Below are positions 1-12,991 of a stretch of 64,000 bases of DNA, in pieces. Origin of the DNA: the human T2T-CHM13v2.0 reference genome, Homo sapiens; assembly GCF_009914755.1 (NCBI RefSeq), contig NC_060926.1. One strand, given 5' to 3'. Every line of letters starts with the position of its first letter. Within the stretch, counting starts at the first letter, position 1. The translations under genes were made by a program, and so were the position numbers. Below the pieces are notes generated by a model. The model saw nothing but the letters and a program-made list of their open reading frames with translations, searched no databases and was not told the DNA's origin.

Positions 1-790
1 CAGCTAAAGTCCAATCAAAAGACAGAAATCATGTAGTAATTTAAAAAGGGATATTATGATATAAATGATTATTTGGCTGTGATGAGAGACTGATTATAAG
101 GACATGAATAGAACTCCAAAGAGTATCTCAGGGCTGAGAGATAGTAGAAAGACAAAGTTGCAAGTGGTCCCCTCCCCAAGACTGGGGTTCAGACATCACT
201 AGAAGCAGTGTGGTGTAGCCCACTGAATGGCAAGGAAGGTCTCTTACGTGCCTGGGTCAGAGCTAGTTCACAGTTGCTGGGAAAGCTGGAAGCAAACCTG
301 TCAGGTGCAGTCAAGCCATGGCTGGTGGGCAGACATGCAGCATGGCCAGGCCATGACTGCTTTAGGATGCAGGCGAGCTGTAGTTGATATGCGGGTACAC
401 AGGGCATTCAGAATGCCACTGTGGGCATGCGGCCTGGAGTGCACAGTGTCCACATCAGGAAGATATTGGGAGGTGGTCACCTGGCCTAAGCTAGTACTGC
501 GAGGTCACTGAGCAACGGCTTCCTCTGGATATAGCTAGTGCAGAGCACCAACAGATGTCTACACACACACACTGCTGCCTGATGGTGCAGCACAAGTGAG
601 AAAAAAAAACAGAACACAGCAGCTGGAACCAGACGGACCCTCCTGTAATGCTTGTCCAACTCCCTGTACCAAAGAGGTGAATACTATGCTCACTGTATAG
701 GATGAATGCTTCAAAAATTCAATCCATTACACACAGCAGGTACTGAATGGTGAATTCAGAGCTGTGAGGTAATACATTGATAACTGGTGA
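1..790. mobile_element. Old ERVL-class LTR-like fragment
   Basis: Weak resemblance to LTR16/LTR33-type LTR text (agctggaacc...cctcctgtaatg); subfamily uncertain. Confidence 0.3.
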
Positions 791-809
791 TAAATTGATA
801 ACTGGTATA

Positions 810-1170
810 GGGTGAATTAATTAACAAATAGTTGTACAAGCAAACCATGAAATACTTCTCAGCAATACAAAGGAATTCACCACTGAGACATGCACCAGCT
901 TGGATAAATCTCAATGCAGTATGCTGGGTAGAAAAAGCTTATCTCTAAAGGTTACATGATTCCATTTCTATGACATTTTCAAAAAGTCAAAACAGTGACA
1001 GAACAGATTATTGGTTTCCAGGAGTTAGGGATGGAGGAGGGCGGGTCTCAAAGAAAGAGCATGTAACCTGATTGTCTTGGTGATTATGTGAATTTACATC
1101 CGTATTTAAATGCACACAACTGTAAATCAAACAAGCTAATTTTATTGTATGTTAATTTAAAAATAAAAAT
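810..1170 (+). mobile_element. L1M 3' end fragment
   Basis: aatacttctcagcaatacaaaggaa...attccatttctatgacattttc...ggtttccaggagttaggg, followed by an A-rich end. Confidence 0.75.
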
Positions 1171-2249
1171 GTAAACCCATTCTCCCTAACCCTACCAAGA
1201 TGTCCACTGCTCCTGGTGCACCTGATGAAGGTGATACCTTCTCTGTCTCCACCTCGTCTTCTGCCCCATGCAGTAAAGCCCCTAATGGTCCATTCTTCCA
1301 ATGTGACTCTAACCTGGTTATTCTGCACAGCATTCACCTGGTTCATGGGGAATTGGATGCCCACTTTCCCCACCATTGCTCCCAGGCTTCCCTCTCTTTC
1401 CTTGCTCTCCAACTGCATTTGTTCCAGCTGATCTGCCATTGTCAATGATATCCTGCCGAGGATCAGGCACCAGTCTGATTTTTGAAACCCAAAGAAAAGA
1501 TTATAAACTCTTTCAAGACTTTTTTTACTTGTCTACATTCCAATTACATAGATTCTGTGGGGATGAGAACTCAGCTCTGTACAGCTTTAGCAGGGGTGAA
1601 ATGTCAGTCTTCCCCGCTGGCAGAAAGCCTCGCATCTATGAGTTGTGACCTTGGAGCTCTCTAATTGGGGGGCTGTAGGGTCTTTTACATAGGTCTCTGG
1701 GGATGCGAGTGCTGGACCAGTTTGGCTACCCTTAGCAAGTCCTGCAGGGGTTTTGTCTAACATCTCTGTTTGAACTGAGAGTGCACTTGCCACTCTAAGT
1801 CCTTAAATTTGTTACCTTTGCCAAAATTCAAGGTCAACTGAAAAACGCCCCATTTAACCTCTGATTGTACCACCCCCAGGTAAGTTTCTGTGCCCTTTAA
1901 AAAGCCAACTATATACAGGAAAGTCTCTGACCAGAACTTGGCACAGTTAAATATCACTTACTGGCTTTTCTTACCTTTGTATTCTGGTTCATTTCACGTC
2001 TAGGAGTTTTTCATAAGCCCCACATCTGTAACTGGATAATTGAACAGGCTGAATTTACTAAGATATCTGCAGAAAATGGCGTTGCTCTTCTCCCACCATT
2101 GCCTCACTACATTTTTTAAGGTCGCATTTGCTTCAACTGATCAGATCTCATAAGAAGCTATTTACAAATCAACCACTCAGTTACGGATGGATGATCATGT
2201 ACGCAATTGTACTTTAACTAGAGCTAACTGCAGCGATGTGACAGAGAAA

Positions 2250-2600
2250 ATGTTACGTGTTCACCAAAATCATTTTGTTTTTCTGAACACACAGCCACTT
2301 TTCCCAGCCTTCTTTGTAGTTGGTTTGGGACACGTGACTAATATTTTCTAGAAGTAGAGTGGATGTGATAGGGTGATTTCTAGACTGAGGCAATGCAGAT
2401 ATAACTTTTGCACACTCTGTCTTGCCCATTGTGACCTTGGAGGCTACATGCTTGAGCTGGCATGCCCACATGATAAAGGTGTTCCTTATCCACATTGAAA
2501 CTATAATGTGGGTACAAAGTAAACTACCTATGTTCAGCCACTGAAGTTTCTAGATGATTTATTATTGTTGCGGAGTTTAAAGTGTCCTAACTGACAAAAA
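2250..2600 (+). mobile_element. MLT1 (J/K-like) MaLR LTR
   Basis: tttcccagccttctttgtagttgg...cacgtgactaa...tgttcagccactgaagttt...ctaactgaca pattern. Confidence 0.6.
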
Positions 2601-2965
2601 AAGTTGAGTCTTTTTTGTTCTCTTTCTTAACGTCTCAGAGTGTTCTGAGGGTTTTCTCATCTGAAACTGTCATGGTTTTCAGAGTTAAGAAATTCACACT
2701 GAAACAGTTCTCTTTTGGTGGACAGCATCCTGATTTCCCTCTATGTTGTTCTGTCTCATTTCCCCGCATAATTCCTACTTCTTGCCTTTTGATTCTGCAC
2801 TATGTGCCTGTGACAAGGCAGTTCAGGCAATCATTGCTCAACTGAACTGAGCTCTTTGTGTACCACCACACAAGTGAAGATCCTAATGAAGAATCCTTCG
2901 CACCCCACTCCTAGACTTGCACAACAGGTATTGACAACTTATTCCAGTAGGCGCTCTTACCAACA

Positions 2966-3281
2966 GTTTTTTTTCTTTCTTTCTTTCTTTTTTTTTTTTT
3001 TGAGACAGAGTCTCACTCCGTCGCCCAGGCTGAAGTGCAGTGGTGCGATCTCGGCTCGCTGCAACCCTCTGCCTCTCGGGTTCAAGTGATTCTCCTGCCT
3101 CAGCCTCTGGAGTAGCTGGGATTACAGATGCGTACCACCATGCCCAGTTAATTTTTGTATTTTTAGTAGAGACGGCGTTTCACCATGTTGGTCAGGCTGG
3201 TCTCGAACTCCTGACCTCATGATCCACCCGCCTCAGCTCCCAAAGGGCTGGGATTACAGGTGTGAGCCACTGCGGCAGGCC
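2966..3281 (-). mobile_element. AluS
   Basis: Poly-T followed by a full reverse-complement Alu dimer ending ...gagccactgcggcaggcc. Confidence 0.96.
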
Positions 3282-4107
3282 ACCTTCAACGCTTTTCCAA
3301 GTCTTTCTGATTTTCTCTCTTAAAATTAACTAAATGTCTCTTCCCTTTTGCCAGGTAGGTACAATATAGACATTTCTCAAAGGGAACAGAATACACTGCA
3401 GTCCCATCATTTAGCATATTTCTCAGTAAAATGGGATTCACTGTGAGTGTGCAAGTGTGGGTACCTTATGGCAAGTGGGTTTAATTGGTATGATCAATTA
3501 CAATCACATGTACCCATCCAACATCACTGGTCCTCATCCAACAACATACACAGACACTAAACTCAGTAGAATAGGGCTGGCTGCTGTGGGAGGAGCACAT
3601 GCAGTATAGCTTGCAAAGATGTTCTTGGTCATTTGATCTCCTACAGATCCATCACTTTCTCCATGCTGTGAGATTCCTATCAAAGGTGCCAAAATAGCCT
3701 CATCCTGGGTACCCTACCAGTCTTGATCCTCAGGGCTTCTATCACTATTTCACATAAAATTGTGAACAGTCTGTGACTTTTGTATGAGGGGCTTACAAAC
3801 CCTGGGTGCTCTTGGTTCTTGAACAAAACTGAGCACTGGTTAGGCCACACCCTTGAGTCTGGAGGAGGCAGAACCAATGTCTGGGCCCCTAAATTTTGCC
3901 CCTGCCCCTGCTGTCCTATGCCTCAGAAGCCCATCTTTGTTTCTCACACAGAAAACATCCTGATTCTGATTAGAAACCCTCTTACCTGAGTAGTTCCAGT
4001 AATGACTTTGGACCAAGAACCATGTGCACAAATTCATTTGCCTACAAAATGGCATAATCCCACCCATGCTGGTTCAATTATCAAAACATGACCTCACTGT
4101 AAAAGAC

Positions 4108-4424
4108 TTTTTTTTTTTTTAAGACAAAGTCTCACTCTGTTGTCCAGGTTGGAGTGCAGCAGCTCAACCATGGCTCACTGTAGCCCCAACCTCCTGGGCT
4201 CAAGCAATTCCCCCAATCCCCTCTCAGAGGAGCTGGGACTAGCTGGGACTACAGGTATATACCACCATGCCCTGCTTTTTAAAATTATTATTATTAATTT
4301 TTGTAGAGATGAAATCTTCCTATGTTACTAGCACTGGTATCAAACTCCTGGGCTTGAGGGATCCTCTCACTTTGGCCTCCCAAAGTGCTTAGATTACAGG
4401 CATGAGCCACCACTCCCACCTGAC
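4108..4424 (-). mobile_element. AluJ-like
   Basis: Poly-T plus diverged Alu (ctcctgggctcaagcaat...). Confidence 0.93.
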
Positions 4425-5331
4425 CCAAGAGGCTTTCAGCTTCCTTTACATCTGAGCACTGGGCAAATACCCCATGGATAGGTCCTGCCTACTGGTTGAC
4501 AAGAGCCTATTACCCACCCCCTGCTTCTAGCCTCATAAATTTCTGGAACCACACATGTGTTTCCCAGGCCTTCTTTGCCCACTGTGCGCTAATTGTTTCT
4601 TATCAATGTTAGAATTTGTTTGTTTTTGTTTTTATTTTTTTTGTTCAGGAGCATGCTTTCATCTATGTGTCATGAAGGTGATGGAGAAGTGAAGTATTCA
4701 AGCAAAGGGAAGGATGTCTTATCAGTTATGGAAGCTCAGACTGGCAGGGAAGTATCTGGGGACAGCGTGGTATTGCTAGCCCATGTTACCGAGGTGGAGA
4801 TATTTATCTTCGCCTCAACTTAAAGCATTGGGGGAAACTAAATGTGGAGGTTTAGAATCTTGCTCTCTCCTTCTGAGGCACCCTTGGCAGATTGGTTAGG
4901 TATAAAAATGCTTCCTGGCCTCTGCTTCAGTGGCCACTCAGCTGGTAGCTACAGGATCTGTTCTGCAGCAGAGCATTCTGGGATAAGCAGTTCATTTCAA
5001 TGATTTAATACAGATGGATCTTTGGAGAGTCTCTCTAGTGCTTTAACAAAAACCCTCCCTTTGCTAAAGGCTGATAATCATAAGTACTATATTGTTAGGG
5101 GACATAAACTCTGTCTTGTAACAAAGGACAGATTTCAGAAGTAAAAAGCTAGCTATGGAAGTGTCCTGTACCAGGGATACTGGCATACTTTTCTGTTTTA
5201 ATAGAGTACTGAAGAAAACTCAGGTTCTGCCAATCGAGACAACAAAGAGAACAAATTCTTTTACAGGTCACAACTAGTTTCATCACAGGAAGCCAGAGCC
5301 AGGCAGTGGAAAGCTCTCCTAAAGTTTTCTT

Positions 5332-5746
5332 CTATGGACTGAATTGTGTCCCCCTAAAATGCACATTTGAAGCCCTACCCCCTAACCTCCAGTGTGTCTG
5401 ATTTTGGTGATAGGGTCTTTAGGAGGTAAAGTTAATGAGGTAACAGGGGTAGTACCCTGGACCCATATGATTATTGTCCTTGCAGGAAGAAACACCAGAG
5501 ATTCTTTCTTTCTCACACTAGCTTGCACAGAAAAAAGGCCACATGAGGACTTAGCAAGAAGGCAACCATCTACAAGTCAGGAAGAGAGGCCTCACCAGAA
5601 ACCTAATCAGCTACCACCTTGATCTTGGACTTCCCACCTCCAGAATCATGAGAAAATAAGTTTTTGTTCATGAGAAAATAAGTTTTTGTTGTTTAAGCCA
5701 CCCAGTCTGTGATAACTTGTTATGACAGCCTGAGAAAATTAATACA
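5332..5746 (+). mobile_element. MLT1A-like MaLR LTR
   Basis: ctatggactgaattgtgtccccc...ccttgatcttggacttccc...gtttaagccacccagtctgtg...taataca. Confidence 0.85.
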
Positions 5747-6609
5747 GTTCCCAAGCTTACCTGGGTATGTGATGCTGGAGATGATATGAAGCAGGCAGAA
5801 GCCTTGAAGGAGGAATAGATTTACCTGCACTGAATTATAGAAAATGGGAGGTGGCACTGGTCACTGGTATATGAGTTGGTTCTTTGAAGACTAATTGTGA
5901 ATAAAGTTCAGCTGGCTTCCTCCACACTCATGCACGTACTCGAAGCCTGAGTAAAGGAGAAAACTGCAGTCTCCTCTGGTCCACGGTATTGCCCACATCT
6001 CATTGGCTTATGTTTGCAATGTCCATTTATCTAAACTGCCTGAATATCTATCAGCAATCCTTCTGCTAACAAAAGCAGCCTCTTCCCAATGTCAGAACAC
6101 GTTATCCACCTACCTTAATGAGAATCAGTGTTCCTCGAAATCCAGTGTCATGGTCCCCCCTAAGGGAATAGGAATTTAGTTGAGGAAAGAAAGAAAAGAG
6201 GGAAAACAGACCTACTAGGCGTTCCTAATGTAGGTGTTGTTGGTGATGGGTTATGGGTTGAGTGGGGTGGAAGTGGGAGGGGATCAGCCCTTGGAACAAA
6301 GAGGAAAGATTAGGGAAGATACAATTGCTAGCTCAGCCATTTTAGACTGGGTTCAACTAGCCCTGTGACTTATTGTCTAAACAGTGGTGACTGGTGACAA
6401 TGTGGGTAAATAGAGAAAAATGACACGTTTCATTTTTAACCACCTGTCTGTCTTATTTCCACCATCCAATAAATTTAGGATGTTTTGTGGACAAGTAACT
6501 TATTAGGAAGTATTATAGGATACTGAAGGATATTAGACTTCTACCTATGTGGAGTTTATAATCACTTTGAAATAAAATGAATCTAATACTAATCTGGTAT
6601 CAATTCTGT

Positions 6610-6760
6610 ATTAAGCATTTTTCTTTCTGTTATTTGTCATGTCACCTAATCCTCAAACATCTTTAGAATAGGCATCATCATCATCATCACCATCATCATC
6701 GTGGATAAAGTAACTGAGACTGAAAGAGGTTTAAGACTTGCCCAAGTTCACATAGCTTCA
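6610..6760 (-). mobile_element. MIR fragment containing a (CAT)n repeat
   Basis: taatcctcaaac...aactgagactgaaagaggttt...gacttgcccaagttcacatagct. Confidence 0.7.
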
Positions 6761-8049
6761 AATTTTTCCCCCTTGCAAAGTTTGTATTCCCTTAGGGAAG
6801 CTATCACAGTAGAACTGTAAGAATCTGACATTAACTCTGGTGTGAAGATCTGTCTTATTTCAAAGCTTACATTCATGCCCACCCCATCCACCCAGACTAC
6901 ACTGTGGTATTTACCCTCTCCTTCCATATAGGGGGGGTCTCCTGGACTTGATTTTGCCTTTACCCATCCCCTCTGTTTCACTCTGAGCAGTGGAAGTTTG
7001 ACTTTGGGGAGCAGAGACAGAGCTCAGCTTTCTGTCCTGAAAGCAGGGTCATAGCTTTTGACTTCTCTCCAGCTTAAGATGTAGGCTTTCAATTTAGGGG
7101 TATGATATACCAGAACTTGATCCAGGCCATCCAGTTTAATTGCTAGCTGTGGTCTTGGAAGGCAAATCATCTTTCTGGACAGCATTGACCAATTCTCTAT
7201 CACTACTCTTTTTCATTCTTCTTCCTAAAAAAGAATATAAATTTGAGCCCTGACAAAGTATCAAGAATTCAGGGGCAAGCAACAGATACTTTAGTCTCAG
7301 AGTGCTACACAAATACTTTCTGGTAAAGTCAACAATGAGCACACGTTATGGGAAGGAAGAAGAGGTGTGCTGATTATTTTGTTGAAAACTATTCCTGGAG
7401 AGAGGTGACTTTCTAATTCATCATGTGTAAAATATGGTGTCAGTTCTGCCTTTTTTTTTTTTTTTTCCTTTGGAGCTTCTCTAAAACAGAAGTTGCCTCT
7501 AGAAAACTGAGGGTAAAAAGAGAAGAATGTTCCCTAAGCTCCTCTTCTGGCTATGCACAGCTGAAACCCTGGGGGATGGATGGGAGATTCTCTTGCCATG
7601 TGTACCACCCTCAATTAGTCCCATGAGGGAAGACAGGATATAGCAATCTAAATTATAAGGCACCCACTGGGGAGAGGATGTCTGGCCATTCCTTTCCTGC
7701 CACTGGGCTCTATGTGTGAGCGGGTTTCTATGAACAGATGACAAGAACCACAGGGATTCTTGGGACTGGCACCAAAAAGGGGTCAGGAAGGCAGGTCAGA
7801 GAAGGTCAAGTTTCTACAACCAATATAGTTATCTGAATAATTAGATCAAAACTGTCAGGTATCCAATAGCTTGCTGCGGACCTAAAATTCCAGGATGATT
7901 CTTTTAACTCTCTGCTTTGCAAATGAAAACTGTTTATATTTTCCCTTCACCATCACAAGTATAAACAGGAAAGCGCACAGCACCCTGCGATACTCTGGTG
8001 CACCTGTGAATGGATCTTTTCTGAGAAATTAAGTTAACTGATAATTATT

Positions 8050-10330
8050 ATTTGGATCATATTTCCATTTATTTAGATCTTCTTTAAACAATTTTTTTTA
8101 GAATACAAGTGTGACACTTTTTTGATAAACTTATTCCTAAGAATTGCATTTTTTGATGCTATTATAAATGGCATTATTTTCTTAATTCCATTTTGTTTTA
8201 TTCATTGTCACTATAAAACACAATTTGTTTTTGCATATTGATCTCATATCCTACAAGCTTGTTAAACTCATTTATTATATCTAATAGTTTTTTAGTCAAT
8301 TATTCAGGATATTCTGTTTAAATATTTTAGAGTAATCTATTTAAAAGATCATGCAAGTGGAAATAGTTTGACTTTTTTTCCTTCCAATCTGAATGCCTTT
8401 TGTTTCTTTTCATTGTCTAAATGCCCTGACTAAAAGCAGCTCTAGTAGAATATTGAATGGAAGTGGCAAGAGTGTATCTCTTTGTCTTGTTCCTGTTCTT
8501 TCAGGGAAATGTATTTAGTCTTTTCCCTTTAAGTATGATGTTGGCTGTGTATTATCATGTTGAAGAAGTTTCCTTCCATTCCTGACCTGTAGAGTGTTTT
8601 TAAAATAAAAGGTTGTTGATTTTGTCAAATGCTTTTCTCAGTCTGTTGAAATGGTCATGTGGTTTTGCCTTAATTCTATTGACATGTATGTTATATGAAA
8701 TAATTTTTAAATATTAAACCAACCTTGCCTTCCTGAGATAAATCCCACTTTGTATAAATAAGTTTGAATTGTTACATCTTCTTGATAGATTGACACTTTT
8801 CTTTTTCTTAAATGTCCCTCTTTATCTCTAGTAACATTTGTTATTTTAAAGCATATTTCGTCAGTGTAAAGCCACTCAAGTTCTCTTAGCATAGTGTTTG
8901 TGTAATATATCTTTTCTCATTTTTTTTTTTTTTACTTTCAACCTACTGGTATCTTTGAAACTAAAATGTGACTTCTGTAGACAGTATGTAGTCCATAATT
9001 TTTTTCTGCCTAAAAACTGGATATTTTAGATGATTTCTTGTAGCAATTCTTGATGCTGCTTTCTCCCCCTCCCCCAACTCCAGGGCTTGTTGTTGCTTAA
9101 TTGTTTGCTGTTTGTTTAGTGACTTGGCTGGACTATATCAGCAAAGTCTATTTCCCTGTGCAGCTTTTTATACTGATCCTCAGCCAGTGAAGCCTGGGGC
9201 ATGGTTATAATACCCCTAAGCCCTTTCTCCCTTCCCCCAGAATAACAATGGTTTTAGCAGGCTTCTCTGACTTTCTTTCACTGATATATTAAGCTTCTAG
9301 CTGGTCTGTTGTATCTATTGACATCACACTCAACTGTTAGCCTCCAGTAACTGCTGGCTGAAATGGCCTATTGTTTTCAACAATGCCTTGGGTTATAAAT
9401 TACTCCACAGTCCGATCCAATTAAAGTCAGGCTCCTTTGCAGGGTAATCTTTGAGACCAGTCTCTGAGACATGTTATAGCCTCAGGAGAGCTCTTTTCAG
9501 CCATCTCTTTTTCTGGTTCTTCTGTTAAACTTCTAGTTGGTCTACTCTTTAACTTATTGCAATCATGGAGCTACTAGCTTTTCTTCCTTGCTCACAACCT
9601 AAATCTTCATTGTTTTTGACAGTGCCCTTAGGCTTGAACATCTCTATATTTTGTTCCAAATAAAGTTAGCATACTTAGAGTTAGTTATAGAGTTCTCTGT
9701 TCTATAGCCTGTCTCCTCTCCTTGGCAGAAACTCTGTTCCACTACTCTGGAGATGGGGATAGAGATAGTAACCTACTTCTCTTGGAGTGATACCCCTGGT
9801 GTGTGAGTGGGATGCTGGACTGGGGTAGTAGCCACTGGTCATCTTGGTTTATTTCCAGTGTTGTGAAAACTCAGTCTTATGAGTAAGTTGAGAGTTATCG
9901 GGGTCCAGTATTCCTAATTTGCTGTTTCTGGGGTAGATTCAGTTACATTTGCCTGCAATAGAGTCTGTTCAACATATTGCTAGGATTGGGGTAGGGCAGA
10001 GTTTGGTTACGTATGCTGACAACCTGACTTTTCTGGGTAGAAACTGTAGTCATAAACTGGGATCTGGGATTAGAGGCAGCCCCATCCTCGTGGCTACATT
10101 CATCCAGAATAGAGTTTTTCTCACATTGAGCTGAGGGGTGGGTAGAGAAAACAGGCCGTGCCTTCAGGTCTTACCAATATTTAGAAGATTTTTTTCAATT
10201 TCTGTCTGCTCTTAGGACAATTTCCAGAGACTGGATGGTTGTTTTTGATTTTTAATGATCTCACCAGTTATAGTTGTTTCACTAGGAAATCTATGGTGCT
10301 TCTTATGCTGTCATTCTAGAAGAGCTTCTC
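8050..10330 (-). mobile_element. Old L1M element (ORF2 remnants 8050-9000; probable 5' portion beyond)
   Basis: Minus-strand peptide 8707-8892 has L1 ORF2p motifs DKEGH..SIYQED and VGFISGRQGWFNI. The 9000-10330 assignment is less certain. Confidence 0.7.
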
Positions 10331-11182
10331 CTTTCTTCCCCCTTTCCCCTCACTTTTGCTGCCCTTAGTTTGCACTTCTCATGGAAGCTTTGTCTCACAT
10401 ACACTTTCTGGGGACCTTATACTAAGAAATCATTTTAGAAAGAATGTTCTGACATCTGTAAGAAAGTACTGCATGAGTGGAAGTGATGCCGATGGTTGAT
10501 GAAGTGGGCTGCTACATCTTAACCTGGACCACAAGTTAGTAGACTGTTGCAGAGCTCAAGTTGTTCTCTTACCATCCTCCCAAGATTGGCATTTTTACTC
10601 TGAGAGGGACTGGACTATCAGCCATCAGGTGATCATAAGGCTAAACGGGTTGCCATATACTCACAAAATTTGGAATTTTAGAGCAGGAAAGGGTTACCAG
10701 GTATGGACAGCATCTTTATTTTATAGATGAGAAAACTATAAAGGCTCAAACTATAAGGCTCAAACAGGTAATTTTCCAAAGCCAATCAGATAACTAATGT
10801 CTGAGTACATAAGTCTTTTGATTCTTCATTTTGGTCTTTCCACAAGGCACTATGTGAGACTTGCTCCCTCATTTCTTTTTAGAAAGAAAAGTACAATAAA
10901 ATGCAAATAAAAATAAAACACCTATTATAAAGCAGCTTTCTATTAAAGGATATTCATATATTCTTTGAGAAAAAATAATCGACTCAATATGTGTACCCTT
11001 CTTGTAGTCCACCTGATAGTCTCATTTCAGTGACTGAATCTAATCTATTCTGGAGTCAAACTGAAGGAAAAAGAAAAAATATTCATATGTGAACTTTTAA
11101 TTCTATTGCCTCACTATGAATTTGCATCTAGGTGTTAGCCCTTCTCAACCATTCCTTTCTCAATTTCCCAGTGATGTTAGCT

Positions 11183-11184
<2 letters not shown>

Positions 11185-11232
<48 letters not shown>
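11185..11232. repeat. (GT)24 microsatellite
   Basis: Read directly from the sequence. Confidence 0.99.
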
Positions 11233-11233
<1 letters not shown>

Positions 11234-11429
11234 GGCTGGGGGGAAATCCCCTGCACTCACTAATATGAACTAAGAAAAAACAAAACACAAAGCATCTTGC
11301 AGTTTGATGTAAAAGAGATGTTGGGGTAGTATATGGATGATGTATTATTCTCATTTTTTACTGAGTATCAGTAATCATTGCAAAAGTGTTGTATCTTATC
11401 CTAAAAGTATAAGAAATGTAATTTAAAAT

Positions 11430-11600
11430 AAAAACTAACATTTAAGTGCCAACTACATGCCAAATTCTTTACTTGCTTTATCTCATTTAATGTTCCTAGC
11501 TACTCAATGAGGCAGATATTTTCCTCTCTGTTTCAGATAAGGAATTTCTGAAAGGTAATTAACTTCACCAAGGTCACCTGGCAACAAGTAGAAGAGCGAG
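11430..11600 (-). mobile_element. MIR
   Basis: tatctcatttaat...tttcagataaggaa...taacttcaccaaggtcacctggc. Confidence 0.7.
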
Positions 11601-11999
11601 AAGTAGGCTCATAAAAATTATCTCAAAATTCTTTCATCAACATTCTATGATGCTGCTTCTTTTTAACAACAACAAATGTTTTTTAAATGGAAAATCTGGA
11701 TGTGCCATGGAGTTTTACAAATCCAGGTATTTAGGTGTATTTATGGAACTTGTTCTTTGGCTTCCTGTTTTTTAAAAATTATAGTGTAAAGTTCATAGAG
11801 ATCTGGAACTTCATTCCTTCTATGAATGACTGCTCATGGAGTCTGGTAACATGCAAAAGTTTCAGTGTTTGCTACCATCCTTGTTGTTACCACCTCCTTC
11901 TTATCCTCCTTCTTCCTCATGTATAGAGACCATATAAGACAGTTTGCTGGACAATTCTGGTTTGTGCCTATAGCTTTGCATAATTATCATTATTATTCA

Positions 12000-12735
12000 T
12001 TCCCCAAAGTGTCCTGGTTTAGATAATTTCATGGTCACCTTAACGTTCATAACTGAAAGTGTCAAGGGTGTTGTATTGCAGGTGCCCACTAGGTGTCAGC
12101 AGTGTGACCTCCAGAGAACCCTCAGAGAAAGGATTTCATTACAAAAGTCAAATCAAAGCAAATAATTAAGTGTAGTTCCAGAGCTACCTGAAGCCGTGGT
12201 CATTCAAAACAAATGAGAGGACAGGGGGAGGAGAGAAGGAACAAGCGCAGATCAGGTAGCTCCTTCTTGGGATCTGATAGACAGGGAAGGTTTCCTTTCC
12301 TCATTAGAAGGACTCCAGTGATCTGTGGAATGAGCACTACAGTATCCTTTTAAATTTTCACCCACAAGACAAAGCCAGTATGCAGTGAAATGAGGAAATG
12401 CCTTTAAGTGAAGAGATTTTTATTTCTTTCATAAATTGCTCAAGCCATGATTGGATGGAGGTCCTCCAGGTAGCTCCATGGACTTTAACAAGTCTATTGA
12501 ATAACTGCATTTGAGTTGGAAGCTGAGTTGCCTGAACACAAACGATTTAAACCAGATTAGAAAGTGTCTACATACAGAGCTCAATAACACACTCGGAATC
12601 TTCTTGGGAGGACCCACAGACTGTACCTATATTACTTTTGACCCAGGTGGATGCAGTCACTCTCTAGAAGCCTCCCCGACTTCAGATGTGTGGCACACAT
12701 CCACACAGGGGTGTAGGTAGGAGAAGCCCACAGGA
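12000..12735 (+). promoter_or_regulatory. Proximal promoter / 5'UTR region of SLC9A4 (no CpG island; TSS not determinable from sequence)
   Basis: Apparently repeat-free sequence directly upstream of the ATG. Contains a CTCF-like motif (12083-12101) and a FOX-like AAAGCAAATA (about 12155); no clear TATA box. Confidence 0.55.
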
Positions 12736-12991
12736 ATGGCTCTGCAGATGTTCGTGACTTACAGTCCTTGGAATTGTTTGCTACTGCTAGTGGCTCTTGA
12801 GTGTTCTGAAGCATCTTCTGATTTGAATGAATCTGCAAATTCCACTGCTCAGTATGCATCTAACGCTTGGTTTGCTGCTGCCAGCTCAGAGCCAGAGGAA
12901 GGGATATCTGTTTTTGAACTGGATTATGACTATGTGCAAATTCCTTATGAGGTCACTCTCTGGATACTTCTAGCATCCCTTGCAAAAATAG
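12736..12991 (+). CDS. SLC9A4: SLC9A4/NHE4 coding exon 1 (N-terminal leader and first membrane segment)
   Basis: ATG in strong context (ggaATGg). Encodes [26 protein letters not shown]...[23 protein letters not shown], the typical NHE 'IPxExxLWILLAxLxKI' motif. Donor G|gtaagt; 256 nt, phase 1. Confidence 0.97.

Noticed and set aside
1152-1648. Several overlapping 70-97 aa ORFs upstream of the gene
   Set aside because: No homology I can recognise and no splice or codon support.
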